A stretch of DNA of 64,000 bases from Promethearchaeota archaeon (GTDB taxonomy: Archaea > Asgardarchaeota > Lokiarchaeia > Sigyniarchaeales > SOKP01). The stretch spans positions 64,001 through 128,000 of the forward strand of contig RDOA01000003.1 of assembly GCA_011364925.1 (NCBI GenBank), given 5' to 3'. The translations under genes and the position numbers were made by a program. The notes under the pieces were generated by a model. That model did not search any database. It was not told the origin of the DNA and saw nothing but the letters and a program-made list of their open reading frames with translations. Of the stretch, positions 46,858 through 57,255 are shown piece by piece; position 1 is the stretch's first letter; each line of letters begins with the position of its first letter.

Positions 46858-47703
46858 ATGGAATATCAGACTATTAAATTTGAACTGAAAGAGAATGGGA
46901 TTGGAATTTTGTCCCTCAATCGTCCTGAAAAATTAAACGCGATTAACTTCCAAATGGAACAAGAATTACACGAGGCATTGGACCATTTAATGATAAATTT
47001 AGACTGTCGCATATTGATTTTACGGGCGGAAGGAAGAGCTTTTTGCGCTGGAACTGATTTACAAGAGGGTTTAATATTACACCAGAAAAAATTTCCAGAG
47101 GGATACGAGAAATATTATTTTCTGGAAGTTCCAGAACCGATTAAAAAGAAGATGTATCATCAATGGCGTATTAGCTCAATTTTCGTAAAAATGCGGAAAA
47201 TAAGCCAACCGATAATTGCGTTGGTTCAAGGTGCGGCTGCCGGGGGAGGATTTGGTTTCGCGATGGCCTCGGACTTTCGGATAGTGGCTTCGGATGTTAA
47301 TTTTATGAACGCCTCAATTAATATAGGCTTGTCAGGAGCAGATGTGGGAGGAAGCTATTTTCTTCCTAGATTAATTGGATCAGCTCGAGCGTCTGAAATT
47401 ATGTATACTGGAAGATCTGTAGGAGCTGAAGAAGCGGTGAATATTGGATTAGCACTAAAATCAGTTGATTCGGAAGAACTATTGAATTCAGCTCTGGAAT
47501 TAGCGAATGGACTACTGAAAAAGAGCCCTTTAGGTCTTCGAATGACAAAACAAGCCCTGAATTTAACACTGGACTCTCCAAGTTTAGAGACTATTTGTCA
47601 ATTAGAAAATTCCAGCATTGTTCTTACATTTAGTTCTAAAGATGTTAACGAAGCTTCAGCGGCTTTTTTTAGTAAACGAGATCCTAAATATCCACTTCGA
47701 TAA
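46858..47703 (+). CDS. Enoyl-CoA hydratase/isomerase family, copy 2 (tandem paralog)
   Basis: LNRPEKLNA, AFCAGTDL, QPIIALVQGAAAGGG. Confidence 0.9.
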   Translation: MEYQTIKFELKENGIGILSLNRPEKLNAINFQMEQELHEALDHLMINLDCRILILRAEGRAFCAGTDLQEGLILHQKKFPEGYEKYYFLEVPEPIKKKMYHQWRISSIFVKMRKISQPIIALVQGAAAGGGFGFAMASDFRIVASDVNFMNASINIGLSGADVGGSYFLPRLIGSARASEIMYTGRSVGAEEAVNIGLALKSVDSEELLNSALELANGLLKKSPLGLRMTKQALNLTLDSPSLETICQLENSSIVLTFSSKDVNEASAAFFSKRDPKYPLR

Positions 47704-47933
47704 TTAATTACTTTACTACTTTAAGAGGATAATTAACGTTTTTGGTAAAAGATTTTATATAAATGAAATAAATTAAATCTTAATTATCCTAAATTAATGC
47801 ATATTCTAATTATAAGGCGAAGTTTTTAAAGAATACATAAAAATCTAAGTAAAAAAGCTTCAATCTATTCAAGTGGAATTATTGATAATTCTGGAAATCC
47901 AAATATAAAATAAAATAAAATTAAATAGAGAAT

Positions 47934-48443
47934 TTAATCTCTAATTTGTAATTTTGGAGTAATAGGTGAAGCTCCACCCATATTTGTAATAATTGGACAG
48001 TGCGTAAAAACTTTTTCCATCATTTCTTCAATTTTTTCTTTCGGAGCATTTGCTTTAATTCTAATAACAGGCTCGAGATTGTCGTATCCCGCGAGTTTAC
48101 TATCGTCGATACCAAAGATCGCTCCAAGATTAATGTGCCCACGAGAAAACACTTTTAATTCTATAATTTCAATGTCCATGATTTTAGCCCAAAAACGGGT
48201 TACTGCCACTATGCATGCCCCTACTGAGGCTAAAATTAGTAATAAAGGTGAGGGTCCTTCATTGGTTCCGTCTAAACCTGGAGGTGCGTCAATTAATATT
48301 TCAAAAGGTTTCGCTCCCATAGTACATTTAACTTGCATACCTTCTGGTAACATTTCGCACTCAACGTTGAAGTTTTTTTCGCCGTTGGCCCAATCTACTT
48401 TAATTGCTTCATACGTTTCTTTAAAACTTGGCATTTTTATCAT
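47934..48443 (-). CDS. OsmC/Ohr family protein
   Basis: IDAP...G.NEGPSP...LASVGAC and HCPI cysteine pair. Confidence 0.85.
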   Translation of the reverse strand: MIKMPSFKETYEAIKVDWANGEKNFNVECEMLPEGMQVKCTMGAKPFEILIDAPPGLDGTNEGPSPLLLILASVGACIVAVTRFWAKIMDIEIIELKVFSRGHINLGAIFGIDDSKLAGYDNLEPVIRIKANAPKEKIEEMMEKVFTHCPIITNMGGASPITPKLQIRD

Positions 48444-48777
48444 ATTTTAATATTGTTTTACTATAATGAATAATCATCCATTATTCAAAATATATACTTT
48501 AGAATTAAGAATCTTATATAAATTTCTCTAATTTGAGAACGACTTCCGAGAGTTGTATTTTCTTGTGTTTTACCATAATATCGGATTCTTTCTAGCTTTA
48601 CTTCTTGGTTTCCAATTGAAACTTTTTTTGATGATCTCGTAGTAGATTGAAACTTGAAGGTATTCCATTGTTTAAGTTGATCTATAAGCGATATATTTAA
48701 ATACTAGTAAAGAGAAATAAATTTTAGATAAATAGAAATTCAAAGGTGATGTAAAAAAAGTAGAAATTGAAAAAGCA

Positions 48778-49512
48778 ATGGAAATAGATGACAGCAATAA
48801 GAGATCTTTTATGATCTTTGCTGGGATTCTGGTTTTTACTTTATTGTCTATTTTCATGATAATCTTATTGGGAGTTGGGAGCGCAAGAGTTTACAATCAA
48901 AACAGTATCACGATGTTAGGTGGAGACCTTCAGCAAAACATCACATTAAGTAACGGAAATAAGGGCACAGGAAGCAAAGAAATCGAACTAATAGCTTATA
49001 GAGGTTTGGTCGATGGCCTAGACACAGAACAGGGTTATATTAAGGTTCTTGATTATAATTTTGATTATCCATTACCTTTGCATCTATCACAAGAAGAAGT
49101 CTCTGATTGGTTTGTAACATTGGAAGTAAGAGGTGGCTACGAACCATTAGAAGGCTATATTGATATATGCCAGAAAGGAGAAGACAAAGGAAGGCTTTGG
49201 ATGGATTGGACCTACCTTGGATTAAGACCAAGCTGGTACGAATATTGGAATGTAACCTTCAAGCCTGAAGGAAATATCTATCTTGACAGCAATCAATTCC
49301 CTGCAGTGGATCATGATTGGTTCTGGATCGATAAAGATGGGGAAATCCCCGGTAAAGACGTCAAATTTGATGTTTATACCCTGTGGACTGGATGTGGCCA
49401 AGAAGATCAGAACTTCGAGATAATATTGGTTCAAACGTTTTGTTTCCAGAGTCCTCAACACCCGAATGTGAAATTTAAATCACCGTTTGAATTTCTATTT
49501 ATCGGTATTTAA
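48778..49512 (+). CDS. Membrane-anchored hypothetical protein
   Basis: Single N-terminal TM, then a soluble Trp/Asp-rich domain. Confidence 0.6.
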   Translation: MEIDDSNKRSFMIFAGILVFTLLSIFMIILLGVGSARVYNQNSITMLGGDLQQNITLSNGNKGTGSKEIELIAYRGLVDGLDTEQGYIKVLDYNFDYPLPLHLSQEEVSDWFVTLEVRGGYEPLEGYIDICQKGEDKGRLWMDWTYLGLRPSWYEYWNVTFKPEGNIYLDSNQFPAVDHDWFWIDKDGEIPGKDVKFDVYTLWTGCGQEDQNFEIILVQTFCFQSPQHPNVKFKSPFEFLFIGI

Positions 49513-49723
49513 GATTGCTTAGTGATCGACCTCGATCTTGGATTGATTGACCTCGATTATCGGTTATCTTAAAACTTTTATTTAATAATTACTCTTTGTT
49601 AATATTTTAACGAATTATAAATAAGAGCCTGTATCTTCCTTCTTCCTCTTAGAATGTAAAAATAGAATAGTCTTACTATAACTTTTTATTAAGCGAAACA
49701 TAGAATAATGTATATTTTAATAG

Positions 49724-51067
49724 GTGTATGTGTTGGAAGAAGGAGAAAAAAAAGCTCAATTAAAACGAAGAGTAACCCTATTCGGAGCAACTGCCTACGG
49801 AGTTGGTAATATCTTAGGAGCGGGGATATATGCCTTAATTGGAATTGTTATAGGAGACACAGGAAACTATTCGTGGATAATTTTTGTTATTGCTGCAATT
49901 ATCGGAGCTTTTACTGGGTTATCTTACGCTGAGCTTTCTGCTATGTACCCTAAAAGCGCTGCTGAATTTGTCTATACCGAAGAAGCTTTTAGAATTCGGA
50001 TTTTATCGTTTCTTTTAGGATGGATAATAATTTTTTCGGGAGTTCTCTCTGCGGCTACGGTTGCATTAGGTTTTGCGGGGTACTTATCAAACTTACTTGG
50101 AATTTCTATGGAGATACTTATATCAATAATGGCTGTCATTCTGATCGTGATTTTAGGTCTTATAAATTTCTTTGGTATAAGAGCATCTACATGGACAAAT
50201 GTTTTGTTTACATTAATTGAAGCTTCAGGACTTATTTTAATTATCATAATCGGGATTCCCAAATTTGGTACCGTCAATTATTTCGTTTTACCTCCCTCTA
50301 GTTCTGTTTTTTCAGTTTTTTCAACGGTTGGTTTAGTGTTTTTCGCGTATATTGGGTTCGAAGATGTCGCAAACATCGCGGAGGAGGTGAAAAGACCAGC
50401 AAAAAATCTGCCGCGAGCAATTATTATTTCGATCGTTATAACAACTCTTTTGTATTGTTTTACTGCTATATCCGTAGTGAGTATAAAACCTTTTGATACA
50501 ATTGATCCTTCAGCCCCATTAAGCGATGTCGCCATAACAATACTTGGTCCAATCGGTGGCGTAATTATGTCGCTTATCGCTCTTTTTGCCACTGCTAATA
50601 CCGTTTTGATAATGTTAATTGTTACCTCTAGAATGATGTACGGTATGGCGAGGGATAAAGCGTTACCAGAAGGAATAGGAAAAATTTCTCCAAAGTTTAA
50701 AACTCCTGCTTTAGCTGTTCTATTAACAACAATTTTTACCATTATTCCGTTGTTTTTTGGAGATATCCGCCTTGTAGCTGATGCCACTGTTTTTGGTGTA
50801 TTAGTTACTTTTTTCCTCGTAAATCTAAGTTTAATTGTTTTACGCAAGAAAAAACCCGAGCTAGAACGACCATTTAAACAAAAGCCAAACATTAAATGGA
50901 TGCCGATTATTGCATTCCTCGGTTGCCTTGCGTGTTTAGGATTGCTCTTTACTTTTGCGGATTTAAACGGCTTATGGACTGTACTTATTCAAGGAATAAT
51001 AATCGTGTGCGGTATAATAGTATTTTACGCAATGAAATCAAAAATCCAAACAAGTGTTAGAAAGTAA
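49724..51067 (+). CDS. APC-family amino acid permease
   Basis: GVGNILGAGIY, SYAELSAMYP, FFAYIGFE, SRMMYGMARD..LP, LERPF. Confidence 0.92.
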   Translation: MYVLEEGEKKAQLKRRVTLFGATAYGVGNILGAGIYALIGIVIGDTGNYSWIIFVIAAIIGAFTGLSYAELSAMYPKSAAEFVYTEEAFRIRILSFLLGWIIIFSGVLSAATVALGFAGYLSNLLGISMEILISIMAVILIVILGLINFFGIRASTWTNVLFTLIEASGLILIIIIGIPKFGTVNYFVLPPSSSVFSVFSTVGLVFFAYIGFEDVANIAEEVKRPAKNLPRAIIISIVITTLLYCFTAISVVSIKPFDTIDPSAPLSDVAITILGPIGGVIMSLIALFATANTVLIMLIVTSRMMYGMARDKALPEGIGKISPKFKTPALAVLLTTIFTIIPLFFGDIRLVADATVFGVLVTFFLVNLSLIVLRKKKPELERPFKQKPNIKWMPIIAFLGCLACLGLLFTFADLNGLWTVLIQGIIIVCGIIVFYAMKSKIQTSVRK

Positions 51068-51078
51068 CTAGTAAATAT

Positions 51079-51255
51079 TTATCCATACTTATCTTTCCAT
51101 TTTTTTTGTCGTTCTTCTACGTCTCCTTTCATTTTACACGATTTATGTATCTGATCTTGCATTTCCCACTGTTTTTCTAATTCATCCTCAAGATCATCCT
51201 TTTTCTCATTATTCTTGTTCTTATGTCCTTTATTTTTCTCGCTTATTTCACTCAC
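51079..51255 (-). CDS. Small hydrophilic 58-aa protein directly downstream of the nrdG-like gene; absent from the ORF track
   Basis: GTG start 3 bp after the 51259 stop; MSEISEKNKGHKNKNNEKKDDLEDELEKQWEMQDQIHKSCKMKGDVEERQKKWKDKYG*. Confidence 0.5.
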   Translation of the reverse strand: MSEISEKNKGHKNKNNEKKDDLEDELEKQWEMQDQIHKSCKMKGDVEERQKKWKDKYG

Positions 51256-51258
51256 CTT

Positions 51259-52017
51259 TTATTCGTCTAAATACTCGTATAGTTCGTTTATCTTACAATA
51301 TCCAATTATATTATCTCTTAAATAGATCTGGAATGACAATTCCTTATTTCTATAAGGTTTTAGGATGTTAAGTAGCGTGATGTGTTCTGGCTGTTGGAAT
51401 ATTTCTTTATAATCCTCTCCAACACCTTCAGAGTATTGATATTGTTGGAGGACAAAATCACCCTTGAACCGATTTTTCTTTAGAAATGCGATTATCTTAT
51501 CGATATCACTTGGTTCTATTAAATTTTCCACATAAGTTGTCCTAATTTCAAAATCAATATCTTCATAACTATTTACAATATTAAATGTCTGAAGAATCAA
51601 GTCAGAATTAACTTGGTTTCCCGTAATTTTCGCTAATCTTTTATTATTAAGAGGACCTTTCAAATCTAAAGCTATTCTGTTAATATGTGGCAATAACTCC
51701 TTAATAGCGCTTGGTTTTGTTCCGTTAGTATCAATACTAACATATTTTCCAAATTGATTAATCTCCCTACATAACTCCAATAGATCTTTTTGGAGGGTAG
51801 GTTCTCCTCCTGAAATACTAACTGCGCTAACTAGCATGTTACTTTTGATTTGTTCCATGAGTTCAGGAACACCGATGTCCCTTCCAACATCTTTATATAA
51901 TAGATACTTATTGTGGCAGAATCCACAACTTAGGTTGCACCCAACAGTGAATATAACCATTGTTGATCTATTAGGGATGTCTTTCGTCGAAATATCTACA
52001 ATTCCACCGACTCTCAT
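51259..52017 (-). CDS. nrdG: Anaerobic ribonucleotide reductase activating protein (radical SAM)
   Basis: GCNLSCGFCHN, ISGGEPTLQ, IDTNG, EIRTT, VLQQY. Confidence 0.8.
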   Translation of the reverse strand: MRVGGIVDISTKDIPNRSTMVIFTVGCNLSCGFCHNKYLLYKDVGRDIGVPELMEQIKSNMLVSAVSISGGEPTLQKDLLELCREINQFGKYVSIDTNGTKPSAIKELLPHINRIALDLKGPLNNKRLAKITGNQVNSDLILQTFNIVNSYEDIDFEIRTTYVENLIEPSDIDKIIAFLKKNRFKGDFVLQQYQYSEGVGEDYKEIFQQPEHITLLNILKPYRNKELSFQIYLRDNIIGYCKINELYEYLDE

Positions 52018-52144
52018 GATAAAGATTAATTTTATGATTTTACGAGTTTCTTCGCTACTGTATGGTTTCTAAAAAGTATGTCAAATTTAAAAAATAATCC
52101 TTTATTTTAGATGTTATTAAATTTTAAATAAATTAAATCGTAAA

Positions 52145-53374
52145 GTGATGTTATTGGACGGACATGTTCATTTTGAGGATTTAAATATTGAATATGGTTA
52201 TTCGTGCATGCCAGATAGGTTGCACTTCTATACAAAAGAAGAAAACGATTTCAGAATGGAAGTGCGAGAGTGGTGCAGAGATAATATCGAGCCCTATGCT
52301 GAGAAAATAGATCGAGAGAGAAATTACGACTTAGCGGTGGAAATCTTGCGTAAGATGAAACCATACTTAAATATTATTATCCCTGAAGAAGCAGGAGGGC
52401 TTGGGAAAGGAATTTTGTATCGAACAATATTTGGAGAAGAACTTACCGCTTTTAATTATGCTCTTGCAGGCATTTTTGGAGCTTCTTCGTGCTTATTTGC
52501 CGGACCTGTTATTGAATTCGGAACATTAGAACAAAAGAAGAAGTATCTCTCCGGTATAGCAGATGGCTCAAAAATCGGTGCGATTGGAATAACTGAGCCT
52601 ACTGGGGGTTCTGACGCAATAGGCGGGATGAGACTGAAAGCTGTAAGAGAGGGTGATTATTACGTGCTCAACGGAGAAAAATGTTTCATCACCAACGGAA
52701 GCGTAGCAGATTACATCTGTCTATACACAAAAACAAACGATCAAGTAAAAGCACATCAGGGTATCACCGCGTTTATCTTTGAGACTGACACACCTGGCTT
52801 TGAAGTGATAAAAAATTACAACCATATGGGGCGTAGAGGAATGCCTAACTCTCACCTACGTTTTACCAACTGTAAAGTTCCAGTTGAAAATATGCTTCAT
52901 CGAGAGAATGAAGGTGCAGACGTTTTATTGTTTGGTCTTGATGGTGAAAGAACATTCACTGCGTCTCAGTACGTTGGACTCGCTCGAAGCGCTATGGAAG
53001 TCGCTTATAGATATGCTCACAAACGCGTACAGTTTAAGCAACCGCTATACAACTTTGAAGGAATTTCCTTCAAGATAGCTGAAATGTTTATGGATATTGA
53101 GTTAAATAGAATGGCTATTGCTCAAATCGCCAGAATGCTTGACGAAGGCCATAATTGTAGAGCCTCAGTTGCAGCTGTTAAAACGAGGATCGCTGACGCG
53201 ACCGTGAGAATCACCCAAGACGCAGTTCAAATAGCTGGAGGTCTCGGATACTCTGAAGAATATCCCTTAGAACGATACTATCGAGATTCAAAGATTGGAC
53301 AGATCTCGGCAGGCACTTCCGAAATTATGAGGTATATCGTAACAAGGGAAATGATAAGAATGTGGGGTAAATAA
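52145..53374 (+). CDS. Acyl-CoA dehydrogenase
   Basis: ITEPTGGSD, LNGEKCFITNG, RVQFKQPL, GGLGYSEEYPLERYYRD. Confidence 0.93.
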   Translation: MMLLDGHVHFEDLNIEYGYSCMPDRLHFYTKEENDFRMEVREWCRDNIEPYAEKIDRERNYDLAVEILRKMKPYLNIIIPEEAGGLGKGILYRTIFGEELTAFNYALAGIFGASSCLFAGPVIEFGTLEQKKKYLSGIADGSKIGAIGITEPTGGSDAIGGMRLKAVREGDYYVLNGEKCFITNGSVADYICLYTKTNDQVKAHQGITAFIFETDTPGFEVIKNYNHMGRRGMPNSHLRFTNCKVPVENMLHRENEGADVLLFGLDGERTFTASQYVGLARSAMEVAYRYAHKRVQFKQPLYNFEGISFKIAEMFMDIELNRMAIAQIARMLDEGHNCRASVAAVKTRIADATVRITQDAVQIAGGLGYSEEYPLERYYRDSKIGQISAGTSEIMRYIVTREMIRMWGK

Positions 53375-53454
53375 GTTTAAAACGAATTTCTATTTTATTA
53401 CCTTTTTAATTATTACTCAAAAAAAAAGAAAATATAAAAATATGTAAATAAAAA

Positions 53455-53721
53455 CTACTCGTAGATCAAAAGCGGATTTTCTTTTGCATCTTCATTGAGA
53501 ATACTATCTAATATTCTCTCTTCAATTTTATATATACTTGAAGCTTCTGTTATAAAACAATTCCAATCGTAACACTTACGGTCGTCTTCAAAAACAACTC
53601 CATGACCTATTGTAATTTTATCGCAATCAGCATATAAAGCGTGAATTCTACCGCACTTTTCACAATTTATCACTTTTTTTTTCACATCACCTTTTTTTTT
53701 TGAATGGGAAAAAGTTCCCAA
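53455..53721 (-). CDS. Small Cys-rich (zinc-ribbon-like) hypothetical protein; start probably ~53672
   Basis: CEKCG...C...CYDWNC. Confidence 0.5.
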   Translation of the reverse strand: MGTFSHSKKKGDVKKKVINCEKCGRIHALYADCDKITIGHGVVFEDDRKCYDWNCFITEASSIYKIEERILDSILNEDAKENPLLIYE

Positions 53722-54015
53722 TTAATATAATAATAGACAAAATGATTTATAAATATTACTCCTTTTTTCAGTTTTTTTCAGCAATAGTTAAAAAAAAGAA
53801 TTGCTACATTAGCATTATATTAAACATTTTTTAATAGAAAATTTGTTCTGATATACAAATCAACAAATTTTGATCGAGAAAATAATGTAATTTGAACAGA
53901 TTTCAGATAAAATCAGAGTAAAACGACAAAAATATAATTTTTTGATATATTACATCCATAAATCATATCAAAATTGTGAAAAATTCTTAAAGAGAGTCAT
54001 ACATTTAAGTGATTA

Positions 54016-54228
54016 ATGAAGAAAGAACGGAAAAAAGCATTTTTTATTTACCTGTTGCTTTTTGTTGTTTTTTTAATTGGAACCGTATTCTCGATAATGT
54101 ATCTTGTCGTGAAACAATTTGAGAATTGGGTGCAATATCAAATTGCTGTTATAGTAATGGTTAGCATAATCTTTTTCATGGGATTTTTTTTCTTTTCGGC
54201 GCTCCATTATGTAATCCGGAAGGGTTAA
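54016..54228 (+). CDS. Small 2-TM membrane protein
   Basis: Basic N-terminus, two hydrophobic helices. Confidence 0.6.
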   Translation: MKKERKKAFFIYLLLFVVFLIGTVFSIMYLVVKQFENWVQYQIAVIVMVSIIFFMGFFFFSALHYVIRKG

Positions 54229-54242
54229 AGTGATTGGATTGG

Positions 54243-54968
54243 TCATTTTCCATTAATGGACTTGAGAATTGCGTCAACAAATGCTTTAACTAGTTTTTTC
54301 GTTTGTAAAGCATCAGTACGAATGTATTTTGCTACTTCTATTTGAATCGTGTTAACTTGCTTAACATTATAAAACTGGTGAGTAATGTATCCTCCAGAAT
54401 ACGCTAAACTATATTCCGATTCGGCGAATCCGTTATCGATACTAAAGTGTTTTGAAATTTCCGCTTCTAACTGATAACAACCCCAAAATTTCTCGCAAGC
54501 TTTACTTGTATTATCGTGAACGAGATCAAGAGTTTGACCGAAGATGTGTCCAAAAATAACATCGGGATAGGATTCATACGGGCGTGTAAAGCCGTGAAAG
54601 TCTATTACAAGAGCTTTTTCAAATTGAGCAATACAGTCTTGAGAGAATTCTATTAATTGGTCGTGAAAAGCGTGGAACACACCATTTGCTTCCGTAGAAG
54701 TTTTATCAAAAGCCATGGAAGAATGAGGTGGCCTATTCAAATCTATTTTACTCCTGTGAATTTTACTAAGAATATAGTAGATTTTGATTCCTTTTGCTTT
54801 GAGTAGATTGGTAATTAATTTTGCAATAAAATATGTGTTTTTATCAGCAATTCTTGGACCAAGGGGTTTATCTGGTATCCTTATAGGTTTTTTGTAACCA
54901 CCGTGTGGGCATGATAGGATTACTGGCGCGTTACCTTCAGCGAAATCGAAATATTTGTGAAAATCCAT
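54243..54968 (-). CDS. N-formylglutamate amidohydrolase family protein
   Basis: SCPHGG, D.NT, DLNR, FH, DFHG, YSGGYIT, IQIE. Confidence 0.8.
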   Translation of the reverse strand: MDFHKYFDFAEGNAPVILSCPHGGYKKPIRIPDKPLGPRIADKNTYFIAKLITNLLKAKGIKIYYILSKIHRSKIDLNRPPHSSMAFDKTSTEANGVFHAFHDQLIEFSQDCIAQFEKALVIDFHGFTRPYESYPDVIFGHIFGQTLDLVHDNTSKACEKFWGCYQLEAEISKHFSIDNGFAESEYSLAYSGGYITHQFYNVKQVNTIQIEVAKYIRTDALQTKKLVKAFVDAILKSINGK

Positions 54969-55204
54969 TAAGATAAAAAATTAATTTCGCATTATAAAGT
55001 TTGATAAATAACTTTGAAGTTGATAAGGATAACGATTTTGAGGGTTTTTTAAAGTTAGAACGATTGAATATAAATTTGTCGGTAAATGTCTTAAGTTGTT
55101 AATTATGGACTTAATAAATATTTCCAAAATGTTTAATAAATCTAAATTATTTATTACAAATAAGTAAATTATAAAGTTACCATTTAATTGAGGTATTAGA
55201 TAGA

Positions 55205-55492
55205 TTGACAATTGACGACTTAATAAGTTTCTTGAAAAAGAAAGGTTTTAGAGATACTTTAGAAGTGTTAATGAACACTAAAGGCCATAAAATTGACAAG
55301 CATGCGTTCTATAGCGAGTTGAACAAGTTTAGTTACTACAATTCGTATTTCAGAGTAAAAGAAGATTTAATCGACCGTGGCTTAATAGCTATTGAGCAGA
55401 ATAACAAAAAGAAATTCGTTAAACTAACACCGAAAGGTTTAGATGTGTATAATAGGCTTGTTGAAATCAATAAGCTAATTAATAACAAGTAA
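55205..55492 (+). CDS. Small winged-helix DNA-binding protein
   Basis: LIDRGLI...VKLTPKG wing motif. Confidence 0.7.
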   Translation: MTIDDLISFLKKKGFRDTLEVLMNTKGHKIDKHAFYSELNKFSYYNSYFRVKEDLIDRGLIAIEQNNKKKFVKLTPKGLDVYNRLVEINKLINNK

Positions 55493-55591
55493 AACGAACT
55501 TTTTGCTCTTTTCTTAAAACTTAGTAATAATTTTTTATTCATTCTTTCTTTTTTTATTATATAAACCTATTTATTTAGGAGTTGGGAACTG

Positions 55592-56224
55592 TTGATTTTT
55601 AGGAAATTAATTGTTGGACCTCTAGGGACAAATTGCTATATTTTCGGATCTGATGAGACTGGTGAAGTTGTTGTAATAGATCCTGGAGGTAACGCAGATA
55701 AAATTATCGCATCTATAGAGGAATTGGGGGGTAAACCAATAGCTGTTTTATTAACTCATGGACACTTCGATCACACAACAAAAGTTGGAAGGATGCTGCG
55801 ACACTTCCAAATCCCGCTGATGTATAGCAGAAAGGAGTACGATTTTGGTACGTTTACGCAAAAAGAAGCTGATAGATGGTTAGTTGAGGGGGACATTATC
55901 AGTGTTGGTGAAATTACACTTCACACTTTAGAGACTCCAGGACATAGCCCGGGTTCTCTTTGTTTTTATTCCACAGATGTTAAAGAGTTTAACGGTAAAG
56001 CAATAGATGGAATAGTGTTTTCGGGGGATTTAATCTTCAGGGGGAGCATTGGTCGTTCAGACTTTCAAGGTGGCGATCAAAAAGCTCTATTTTCAAGCAT
56101 TAAAACTAAAATTATGTATAATAAAAATCTGACCGATAACATGATACTTTGTTCTGGTCACATGGAGTTAACAACGATAGGAATAGAAAGAGCGTCAAAT
56201 ATGTTTAGAAAATATTTCCTCTAA
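55592..56224 (+). CDS. MBL-fold metallo-hydrolase (glyoxalase II-like)
   Basis: TNCYI, IDPG, THGHFDH, TPGHSPGS, SGDLIF.GSIGR. Confidence 0.9.
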   Translation: MIFRKLIVGPLGTNCYIFGSDETGEVVVIDPGGNADKIIASIEELGGKPIAVLLTHGHFDHTTKVGRMLRHFQIPLMYSRKEYDFGTFTQKEADRWLVEGDIISVGEITLHTLETPGHSPGSLCFYSTDVKEFNGKAIDGIVFSGDLIFRGSIGRSDFQGGDQKALFSSIKTKIMYNKNLTDNMILCSGHMELTTIGIERASNMFRKYFL

Positions 56225-56285
56225 TGATTAATATCAACTCTGGATATTAAGGAGCAAGAGAGAGTTAAAATCCAAGAAGAAGATC

Positions 56286-56570
56286 TTACTTTAGGATAAT
56301 TAGAATTAGTTGTTCTTCTAAAGCAATCATAGTTTCTCCTTTCGATGTCTCCAAGCGAATAAATTTCAGACCACCTTCTTTCAGAGCATCGACCACTTGT
56401 TTACCTTTACCGATGAGTGAGGTTACGTAAGCTGATATCTCTTCACTAATTTCAATATCCATGTTAGAATCGATTGGTAAACCGCTTGAATCACAAATTA
56501 TCACACCGCGAATACCTTCTCGTTCTTCAAAGCGACGAATGATGGCTTTTACTTCTTGACGATTAATCAA
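56286..56570 (-). CDS. Roadblock/LC7 protein, dynein-light-chain-roadblock-like
   Basis: GIRGVIICDSSGLPIDS...LKFIRLETSKGETMIA...LILIILK. Confidence 0.85.
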   Translation of the reverse strand: MINRQEVKAIIRRFEEREGIRGVIICDSSGLPIDSNMDIEISEEISAYVTSLIGKGKQVVDALKEGGLKFIRLETSKGETMIALEEQLILIILK

Positions 56571-56852
56571 ATTCTAATTTTCACCATTTAGACAATAAAT
56601 AGATTAAAATTTCAATTATATGATATAAATATAATATATTTAGTATTTAAAAAACTATCATCTTCTTTTAATGCTTTTAATAAGACGCAAATAATTTAAG
56701 GAAGTTTTAGTACTCAATATTTTAACGAAATGTCCTAAAATAAATTTAAATTACTTTAAAATATATATATATTTAAGAATTTATCAGTTCAAATTTGAAT
56801 AAGCTAATTCAGAAATCAAACTGATAAAAATACAGTAAAGAGTAGCGTTACA

Positions 56853-57206
56853 ATGGTAGACAAAAATGTAATCGAACAGAAATTGGCAGAATTGATGGAT
56901 ATTGTACCAGAATGTGAAGGATTAATCGCTGCAGATCTTGAAGGTAAAGTGATTGTAGGTCAGACTATTACTGAAATGAACCACGGTGAAATCGCAAAAA
57001 AATGCAGCACAATAGTAAGAGATTCCAATGGATTAGGTAACCACACGGGAAAAGGGTCTTTAAAATCTGCTACTATAGAGTTAGAAAGTGGATACGCTGT
57101 AATCGTTGGTTCTGACACTGGGATTTTGATCGCATTAGCAGGGGTAGATGGAAAATCCTCACTCTCGCTTCTAAAGAGAAATTTAGTTTCAATCTCAAAC
57201 TTATAA
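56853..57206 (+). CDS. Roadblock/LC7 (MglB/LAMTOR-like) protein
   Basis: PECEGLIAADLEGKVI...LKSATIELESGYAVIV...ILIALA + C-terminal helix. Confidence 0.8.
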   Translation: MVDKNVIEQKLAELMDIVPECEGLIAADLEGKVIVGQTITEMNHGEIAKKCSTIVRDSNGLGNHTGKGSLKSATIELESGYAVIVGSDTGILIALAGVDGKSSLSLLKRNLVSISNL

Positions 57207-57255
57207 TTTTATTTCCTCTTTTTAAAAAATAAGGATGAAAAGTTAAGTTAGAATC

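Noticed and set aside
49523-49557. Two copies of TGAT(C/T)GACCTCGAT, 21 bp apart
   Set aside because: Only two short copies with no other occurrence noticed; cannot be distinguished from chance or a local micro-duplication.
54981-55211. 76-aa minus-strand ORF and the many short antisense/overlapping ORFs in the track (e.g. 8476, 36482, 40609, 50278)
   Set aside because: They are shadow ORFs opposite or within well-supported genes, or low-complexity AT-rich intergenic frames, with no recognisable motifs.
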